Assembly: GCA_050250895.1 (NCBI GenBank)
Contig: JBFWNU010000007.1
Location: 64,001 to 128,000 of the forward strand
DNA from: Vulcanimicrobiota bacterium
Lineage (GTDB): Bacteria; Vulcanimicrobiota; Xenobia; Xenobiales; JADMJV01
Direction: 5' to 3'
DNA length: 64,000 nt
Position 1 is the stretch's first letter, and each line of letters starts with the position of its first letter. The position numbers and the translations under genes are program-made. This document shows, piece after piece, positions 57,833-64,000 of the stretch. Under the pieces are notes generated by a model that was given only the letters and a program-made list of their open reading frames with translations, did not search any database and was not told the DNA's origin.

Positions 57833-58929
57833 TCTCTTTCTATTTTGAAGCGGTTGCGAGGGATGGGCCGGGCCCGCGGGTGCAAGCGGCATCCGATTTC
57901 GAGCAACACTTCCACCGAGGCCTCGGGAGGAAGTTCGGGCCAGGCCAGAATCGGCACGTGGCCGTAGCGCAGGTCGGTCAGGGCGCGCACCAGGCTGCGC
58001 AGTTCGAAGTCCACCACCAGGGCCAGAAAAGGAGCCTGCTCGAGTAGCGGGTCAAGTTCCAGGCTCAGGCTGTGAAGGAACTCTTCTCCGTCGTCGCTGG
58101 GCAAGTGGCCCTCTTCCATCCGCTCTTTGAGCTGTTGCTCGAAGCTCTTGGTCAGGGTGGCTACGCCCAGATAGCCATCGTCTCCCAGATAGGGCCGACA
58201 GATGTGGCGACCCAGTTCGGAGCGGACCCGATCGAGCACGCTGTCATGGTTGTCTTCGTCGGGCGAAACGGCCGTCACCACGGCCTCGAAGACCGTCTTC
58301 AAGTCGCCCACGGCCACCTTCTCGCGGGCTAACTGGCGAAAGAGAGTTACCACTTCTACCCGATCCAGGCGGCGCTCGACTTCTTCGCTCAAGACCGGGT
58401 AACGCTCGGAGAGCCGGTCCAGGCGCGGGCTCAGACTGTCGAGATTGATCATTCGGTCGGGCATGCGGCCCAGCACCTCGAGCAGATGGGCCGTCATCAG
58501 GCCGGCCGGGTCGAAGACCACACAGCCCAGTTCATGGGCTCGGGTGGCCTGGGTGGCGCTAATCCATTTGGCCGGTAGGTGATAAATGGGGTCGTTGGTT
58601 TCGACCCCGAGCAGGACCTGGGTGGTGGCCGGTGAGCCGACCACCAGCACGCCCACGGCATTGGACTCGCCCCTGGCCTCGATGCGCCCGTCGACCTCGA
58701 TCTGATAGACGTTGCTCGGCAGATCGTGGCCGGGAGTAAAGGAAGTCTCGGGCACCGGGATACCCCAATCGCGGCTCCAGGCGGCCAGTCCGGTGACCAC
58801 CCGGGTATAAAACCCTCCGTCGGTGGTGGGGTCGAGTAAGGGGGCAAGCTTGGGTCCCAGTCGCAGCACCAACTCGGGCGGCTGCCTGGACTCGAGGCGC
58901 TCTTCGAGACTTTGCCAGGCTGTCTTCAT
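57829..58929 (-). CDS. FHIPEP-family (FlhA/SctV cytoplasmic domain only) protein
   Basis: 'LVLRLG..L.PLLD...GG', 'WGIPVP', 'LP.NVYQI', 'DPIYHLPAKWI', 'VFDP..LMTAHL.EV', 'L.REKV.V.DL.T.FE', 'VR..LGR.IC'. Confidence 0.85.
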   Translation of the reverse strand: MKTAWQSLEERLESRQPPELVLRLGPKLAPLLDPTTDGGFYTRVVTGLAAWSRDWGIPVPETSFTPGHDLPSNVYQIEVDGRIEARGESNAVGVLVVGSPATTQVLLGVETNDPIYHLPAKWISATQATRAHELGCVVFDPAGLMTAHLLEVLGRMPDRMINLDSLSPRLDRLSERYPVLSEEVERRLDRVEVVTLFRQLAREKVAVGDLKTVFEAVVTAVSPDEDNHDSVLDRVRSELGRHICRPYLGDDGYLGVATLTKSFEQQLKERMEEGHLPSDDGEEFLHSLSLELDPLLEQAPFLALVVDFELRSLVRALTDLRYGHVPILAWPELPPEASVEVLLEIGCRLHPRARPIPRNRFKIERD

Positions 58930-59780
58930 AGGCGCTCTTCCGTGATCCAGAAGTTGCGGCTGGCTACCAGTTCGCTCTCGAAATAGAGATCGACCTGATA
59001 GGCTCCCGGCAGATATCCGCTCTTGGGCGCGCGAAAGAGGAAGAGAGCGTCTTCGTCGGGCTGGGGGGCTTCGACAGTGGTCTCGCCCACCAGTTCGCCA
59101 CTCTGGAGTTTGTCAACGCTGCGGGCCGACCAGATGGCCCTGACCGGCGTTCCCGGTTTGAGTTGCGAAGTGTCGACGATCAAGAAGATGGTTTCGTGCT
59201 TGCTGGCATTGTAGGTCAGGCGCGTCTTGGTGGCGTTGATGTCGTCTTGCAGGCGGATGTAACGGGGCTTGGGCAGTCGGTGGGTTCCGGCTTCGGGGTC
59301 GAAGCGAAAGCTGCGTCGATACAGGATGCCGTCTTGGATGCGAACGGTCACCTGAACGCTTTTTTGCTCGGGCCAACCGCCCGCAGGCCGGTCCAGGTGA
59401 AAGCTGACCTGGCGCTCTCCGGGAGCGATCGAGACGGCCTGAGGTTCGGCCAGTGGCTCTCCGGCAAGGCTCCAGTCCACGGTGAAGTCGGTGCGGCGGC
59501 TACTGGGGTGCAGGCTGACGATCAGGTCGAGGCTGTGGGTGTCGGGCGAGAAGCGTTCGGCGTCGACGGGCTGCTCGGGATCGTCGGTCAATACCACCGA
59601 CCGCAATCGCGACATCGAGCTGCCCGGAGCCGGCGCCTCGGGCGAGGGACGCGGATCCGGGGCCATAGGGCTGGCTGCGGGGCTGGGCGAGGCCGGCTCG
59701 GGAGGCGGGGTTTGGCCGCAACCGCCCAGCCACCACAGCAGACCAGTCAGAGTGAGAACGTGAGCGAGTTGCCGCCGCAT
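58926..59780 (-). CDS. Lipoprotein with two Ig-like beta-sandwich repeats
   Basis: MRRQLAHVLTLTGLLWWLGG-C lipobox, Pro-rich linker, repeated '(F/L)..P..G(W/Y).P..(V/Y)QV' units; ATGA-coupled to the FHIPEP gene. Confidence 0.7.
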   Translation of the reverse strand: MRRQLAHVLTLTGLLWWLGGCGQTPPPEPASPSPAASPMAPDPRPSPEAPAPGSSMSRLRSVVLTDDPEQPVDAERFSPDTHSLDLIVSLHPSSRRTDFTVDWSLAGEPLAEPQAVSIAPGERQVSFHLDRPAGGWPEQKSVQVTVRIQDGILYRRSFRFDPEAGTHRLPKPRYIRLQDDINATKTRLTYNASKHETIFLIVDTSQLKPGTPVRAIWSARSVDKLQSGELVGETTVEAPQPDEDALFLFRAPKSGYLPGAYQVDLYFESELVASRNFWITEERL

Positions 59781-59857
59781 GGGTCGAGCTTCCCGCGGGC
59801 GCAATCCCAATCCTTCTGCGGCAGGAGCCTGAGTACTCAAAACCAAAGGTCAGCTCC

Positions 59858-60181
59858 GTGAGTTTCGATGCCCAGGGAATGATCGAGGTCAATTTTCCCC
59901 TCATTCTTCAGGCCTCGGAGTTGCCCGGCGAAGAGCCGCCCCTGGTGGTTTCGGTGGCAACCTGGGGCCGCGGCTGCAAACAAGAGACTCTGCAGGCCCT
60001 CGAGCCGTACCGACACGGGCTGGGTTTCAACGGTTCGGTGGTGGCTCGACCACCCCGAGCGCTGGCGGCTGAACTGTTCGAGATGCCCGAGTTGCAGACC
60101 GCGCAAGCGCCGGCCGGCAAGCGGACGCAAGTGTTGGGAGTGGCCTTCAAGTCGGTTTTCCTGGATTGGCTCGAAGGGTAG
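59858..60181 (+). CDS. Hypothetical protein
   Basis: 107-aa ORF filling the gap, with genome-like codon use and no recognised motif. Confidence 0.45.
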   Translation: MSFDAQGMIEVNFPLILQASELPGEEPPLVVSVATWGRGCKQETLQALEPYRHGLGFNGSVVARPPRALAAELFEMPELQTAQAPAGKRTQVLGVAFKSVFLDWLEG

Positions 60182-60232
60182 TCCTCTAAAGGCTTCGGCA
60201 GGGGGCGGCAAGAGCTTGGCGAAGGCCGACCC

Positions 60233-60751
60233 ATGTCCGAAGAGAAAGCTACCTCCGACAGTCGCCTGGAGGACCTCGAAGCCCAGGTTGAAGGGCTCAA
60301 GACGAAGCTGCTGGTCGGCTTCGTGCTCATTTTGGGCCTGGCCGCCGTGCTGGCCCAGCGCGTCTATCTCGACAAGCGTGGCATCACCACCAACGGCATC
60401 ATCCTGGCTGACGACAACGCTCCTCGCACGGCCCTGGTGTTGACTCCCAACGGCCACATTGCGTCGGTACCCTTCTCTTTCGCAGGTCAGTTGCCGGGTC
60501 TGGACTTCGAGGCGGTGGCCGGCCTCAAAGGCCTGGCTTTCTACGACAGCCAGGGCAAGCCTCGGATCTTGCTCGGGGTCAACGGCGAGGACCAGCCCGT
60601 GATGGCGGTGGTCGGGCCCGACGGCAGCCTGCAGTGGACCCCCGTGACCATGCCTGCGCCCGAGCAACCCGGTGGCGGCCAGCCGCCCCAGCCCGGCAGC
60701 ACCCCCACGCCCGAGGCCACCCCCGCTCCCCCAGCAGCGCCTACACCCTAG
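60233..60751 (+). CDS. Hypothetical single-pass membrane protein with Pro-rich tail
   Basis: Short coiled coil, TM, repeated 'D..G..R..L' beta hairpins, P/A/T-rich C-terminus. Confidence 0.7.
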   Translation: MSEEKATSDSRLEDLEAQVEGLKTKLLVGFVLILGLAAVLAQRVYLDKRGITTNGIILADDNAPRTALVLTPNGHIASVPFSFAGQLPGLDFEAVAGLKGLAFYDSQGKPRILLGVNGEDQPVMAVVGPDGSLQWTPVTMPAPEQPGGGQPPQPGSTPTPEATPAPPAAPTP

Positions 60752-60759
60752 TCCGCGCG

Positions 60760-62100
60760 GTGCGCCCGACCCTCACCGTCACCGAACTGTTGAGCCGCGT
60801 CAAAGCGGCCATTTCCACGCCCGAGCTCACCAGTAGCCTGGTGAAAGGCGAGTTGACGAATTTTCGCTACTCACCCTCGGACCATCTCTATTTCGTCATT
60901 CAGGATAGACGCTGTCAGATCCGGTGCGTGATGTTCGCCGCCGACGCGCGGCGCCTGCGGTTTCGTCCCCACGACGGGTTGACCGTGATCGTGTCGGGTC
61001 AACTGACTTTGTATGGGCCCAAAGGCGACTTGCAGTTTCAGGTCAAGGCCATGCGGCCGGACGGCAAAGGCCAACTGTACGAGCAGTTGGCTCGGCTCAA
61101 GCATCGGCTCCACGCCGAGGGGCTTTTCGACTCGTCGCGCCGCCGGTCTCTGCCCGTCTTTCCGCGCACGGTCGGGGTGGTCACCTCGCTGCAGGGGGCG
61201 GTGTTGCGAGACATCGCCACCACCTTGCGCCGCCGCAATCCTTCCATTCGGCTGGTCGTAGCCCCGGCCAGTGTCCAGGGCGACCTGGCCCCGCGCGAGC
61301 TGGCCCGGGCGCTGCGGCGGCTGGCCCCCCTGGTAGAGGTGGTGATTATCGCCCGGGGGGGCGGCTCGTTCGAGGACTTGCTGGCTTTTAACTCCGAGCA
61401 GGTGGTCCGAGCCGTGGCCGCCTGTCCGGTGCCCATCGTGAGTGCGGTTGGCCATGAGACCGACGTCACCATGTGCGACCTGGCTGCCGATAAGCGTGCT
61501 CCCACCCCTACGGCGGCCGCCGAGATCGTGGCCCCTCCCCGGGCCAAAATGTTGGAGGAAGTCGAGGGGCTGCGCGGCCGACTGAGTCTGGCTCTCGACA
61601 GCCGCAGCCGCAACCATCGGCAGTTTCTCGACCGCCTGCTCCAATCGCCGGCCCTGCTCTATCCCTTCCGAACCATCGAACAAGAGATGCAGCGGATAGA
61701 CGACCTCAAGACCCGTCTGCCCCTGGCCCTGGCGCGCCGGGTCAAAGACGAGCGGGGTCGGCTCGAGGCTCTGCGCCGCAGCCCGGCCTTGAGATTCCCT
61801 GAGCAACTGGTGGCCAAGGCCCGGGAGCGGTTGGCCGAGTTGACCGCGGCGCTACCGGTGGCCATGGAGCGCCGTTTGACCGGCTCGCGTCTCGAATTGG
61901 CGGGGCTTGGGGGCGAGCTGAAGGCGCTATCGCCACTGGGAGTCCTGGAACGCGGCTACGCGATCTGTCTGGACCAAGACGGCAAGCCGATTCAGGCCGT
62001 TGCAGGCAGGACCCCGCAAGAGAAAATTGAAGTTCGGCTGGCCGATGGCAGTTTGGCGGCCCGCATCGAGTCGGTCCGCCCAAAGGAGATCCCCCGTTGA
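60760..62100 (+). CDS. xseA: Exodeoxyribonuclease VII large subunit
   Basis: 'GELTNF....S.HLYF', 'GVVTS..GA..RDI', 'ARGGGSFEDL..FN', 'SAVGHETD', 'APTPTAAAE', 'LSP..VLERGY'. Confidence 0.95.
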   Translation: MRPTLTVTELLSRVKAAISTPELTSSLVKGELTNFRYSPSDHLYFVIQDRRCQIRCVMFAADARRLRFRPHDGLTVIVSGQLTLYGPKGDLQFQVKAMRPDGKGQLYEQLARLKHRLHAEGLFDSSRRRSLPVFPRTVGVVTSLQGAVLRDIATTLRRRNPSIRLVVAPASVQGDLAPRELARALRRLAPLVEVVIIARGGGSFEDLLAFNSEQVVRAVAACPVPIVSAVGHETDVTMCDLAADKRAPTPTAAAEIVAPPRAKMLEEVEGLRGRLSLALDSRSRNHRQFLDRLLQSPALLYPFRTIEQEMQRIDDLKTRLPLALARRVKDERGRLEALRRSPALRFPEQLVAKARERLAELTAALPVAMERRLTGSRLELAGLGGELKALSPLGVLERGYAICLDQDGKPIQAVAGRTPQEKIEVRLADGSLAARIESVRPKEIPR

Positions 62101-62369
62101 GCCAACCCGAACAGTGGAACTATGAGCAAGCTTTGACCCGGCTCAAGACGGTGGTCGAACAGCTCGAGCGGGGCAGTCTGGGGCTAGAAGAATCGCTGAC
62201 GCTCTTTGAAGAAGGCATGAGCCTGAGCCGCATCTGCGACGAGAAACTGACCGAGGTTGAAGCTCGGGTGCGAGTGTTGGTGGGCCTGGGAGAAAACCCG
62301 TCCACTCGCAGCGACCTGGACATGGAGTTTGTGAGTGTGGAGGGAGACGGTGAGTTTGACAACCGCTAG
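62097..62369 (+). CDS. xseB: Exodeoxyribonuclease VII small subunit
   Basis: 'YEQAL.RL..VV.QLE.G.L.LEESL.LFEEG..L...C'; AAGGAG RBS. Confidence 0.95.
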   Translation: MSQPEQWNYEQALTRLKTVVEQLERGSLGLEESLTLFEEGMSLSRICDEKLTEVEARVRVLVGLGENPSTRSDLDMEFVSVEGDGEFDNR

Positions 62370-63219
62370 CCATTTTGATCTCAAGGGGTATATGACCGAA
62401 CACGCGGCCCGGGTGGACCGGGCGCTCGAGAGTTATCTGCCCGCCGACGCGAGCTATCTTGGCCACGTGGGCGAAGCGATGCGCTATTGTCTTTTCCCGG
62501 GTGGCAAGCGGTTTAGGCCCGTGCTGGCCCTGGCCGCCGCCGAGGCGGTGGGAGCGCCCTACGAGCGCGCCATGCCCGCTGCCTGCGCCTTCGAGATGAT
62601 TCACTGTTTTAGTCTGGCTCACGATGATTTGCCCTGTATGGACGACGACGACGAACGGCGCGGCAAGCCGACCTGTCATAAGGTATACGGTGAGGACGGG
62701 GCCTTGTTGGCCGGCGACGGTCTGGCCATCTGGGCTTTCTATGTGGCCGCCGAGCGTCCTGAGGGGGTCGGGGCCGAGCCCGCCCTGCGGGTGGTGCGCG
62801 AACTGGCCGAGTGCTCGGGTCATCAGGGCATGGTCGGCGGTCAGCTCATCGATCTGGCCGGCCAGCGCGGTTCGGTCGACGGAAAGGGCCTGCAGGCTAT
62901 TCACGCGGCCAAGACCGGGGCCCTGATTCGGGGCGCGGTCCGGTGTGGCGCCATCGTGGGCGGCGCCGACGAGGCTCAGCTCGAGGCCCTGACCCAGTAT
63001 GCCGAACGGGTGGGGCTGGTGTTTCAGATCACCGATGACATTCTTGATGCCGGCGAGGATCCCGAACCCATCAGCTATCCGGCCCTGTTCGGGCTGGAAG
63101 AGTCACGCCGCCTGGCCCGGGTGGCGGTGGAAGAGGCGCTGGCTTACCTCGAGCCGTTCGGTCCGGCCGCCCGTCCGCTGCGCGAACTGGCGACCTTTTT
63201 GCTGGAGCGCGAACAGTAG
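62350..63219 (+). CDS. ispA: Polyprenyl (farnesyl/geranylgeranyl) diphosphate synthase
   Basis: 'GGKRFRP', FARM 'HDDLPCMDDDDERRGKPT', 'GGQ..D', 'KTGALI', SARM 'FQITDDILD'. Start uncertain (62335-62392). Confidence 0.93.
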   Translation: MSLTTASHFDLKGYMTEHAARVDRALESYLPADASYLGHVGEAMRYCLFPGGKRFRPVLALAAAEAVGAPYERAMPAACAFEMIHCFSLAHDDLPCMDDDDERRGKPTCHKVYGEDGALLAGDGLAIWAFYVAAERPEGVGAEPALRVVRELAECSGHQGMVGGQLIDLAGQRGSVDGKGLQAIHAAKTGALIRGAVRCGAIVGGADEAQLEALTQYAERVGLVFQITDDILDAGEDPEPISYPALFGLEESRRLARVAVEEALAYLEPFGPAARPLRELATFLLEREQ

Positions 63220-64000
63220 GTGAATCCGTCCGCGGCTTCCACCCGGTTGCCTCGGGCCGTGCAAGACCTGGGTCGGGCTCTCGACAGGGCGGGAGCTGGT
63301 CCGGTGGCCTGGCGCGGAGCGGGCGGTGAATTCTATTATCATTTGACCGGCAGCCCGTATCGGGCCCTGGAAGAGTTGTCTCTGTCGGCCACCACGACCT
63401 ACGAGATGCTGGCCAGAGCCATCGGCTGGTACACGGCCCGACGACTCGATGGTCTACGCTCGCCCCTGACGGTGGTGCTCGACCGCCCGCCGTCATCCGA
63501 GACGCAAGACTTGCTGGCCGTGGCCGTGGGCCGCAATCTCAATCTGGTCTGTGTCCTGCTCGACCTGGGTCGCAAGGCCCCCACCTCGCTCTGGAACCCG
63601 CTGCGCCGCGAGGCCCCCAGCGGTCACCCCGAAGAGTTGTGCGAAGAGACCGGCATGCGGCTGGTCGGCTGCTTCGATGCGCGCAAGCCGGATCGCCTCG
63701 AACGCGAACTTGACGAGACCCTGGCCGACGGTGGGACCCGGTTGGTGGTGGTCCAGTGCGAGGCTCCTGAGGAAGCCTCGAGCGGCTCGCTGCCGCCGGT
63801 GCGGGTCGAATCGGGCTGGGCTAGCGAGCTTTTACTCGATAACGTGCTCGAGCGGATGGCCCTGGATCTGGCCGACTCTAATAACGAATTGGTGTTCTGG
63901 GCTCGCTCCGGCTCTCCGGGACCGTTGAAGAGGCTGGGCGAACGCCTGGTCATCAGCAACTTGCGAGGCATCATCGAGCAGGCCGTGGGCGTGAGCGTGG
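63220..64000 (+). CDS. Degenerate DXS/transketolase-like protein, partial (runs off the right edge)
   Basis: Not in the ORF track. GTG directly after the ispA TAG; open for 260 codons with no stop; segments are collinear with DXS but the ThDP-binding motif is absent. Confidence 0.65.
   Translation, partial: MNPSAASTRLPRAVQDLGRALDRAGAGPVAWRGAGGEFYYHLTGSPYRALEELSLSATTTYEMLARAIGWYTARRLDGLRSPLTVVLDRPPSSETQDLLAVAVGRNLNLVCVLLDLGRKAPTSLWNPLRREAPSGHPEELCEETGMRLVGCFDARKPDRLERELDETLADGGTRLVVVQCEAPEEASSGSLPPVRVESGWASELLLDNVLERMALDLADSNNELVFWARSGSPGPLKRLGERLVISNLRGIIEQAVGVSV

Overview
64 kb of a high-GC (~64%) bacterial chromosome, densely coding and mostly housekeeping. It carries asnS, yebC-ruvC-ruvA, fumC, tRNA-Gly/Thr-secE-nusG-rplK-rplA, nrnA-like-mtaB-accD-accA-pyk, katG/oxyR, ftsB-S1-tRNA-Leu and xseA-xseB-ispA. 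A TolC gene together with Firmicutes-like gene orders suggests a diderm Terrabacteria lineage, possibly Ca. Eremiobacterota/Xenobia (inference only). No CRISPR array, rRNA, integrase or transposase was found. Main candidates for undescribed biology: (1) an operon after tRNA-Ala encoding a 97-aa seven-Cys protein, an RRE-like/radical SAM/SPASM enzyme whose three AuxI-position cysteines are all replaced by Ser while the AuxII cysteines are kept, and a translationally coupled LysW-like zinc ribbon; (2) two soluble FlhA/SctV cytoplasmic-domain (FHIPEP) paralogues without the membrane domain, near enzymes (uridine kinase, cytidine deaminase, lethal-factor-like protease) that share an effector-like disordered N-terminal extension; (3) a catalytically degenerate DXS-like ORF in the dxs position, missed by the ORF track; (4) a ~220-bp non-coding repeat family with internal inverted repeats at two loci. 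Also present are a Dictyostelium-type cyclic-nucleotide phosphodiesterase, a CotH/DUF4956/VTC module, and a Dam-type methyltransferase plus nuclease in one apparent operon with an EAL protein. All family assignments come from motif recognition by eye, not database searches.
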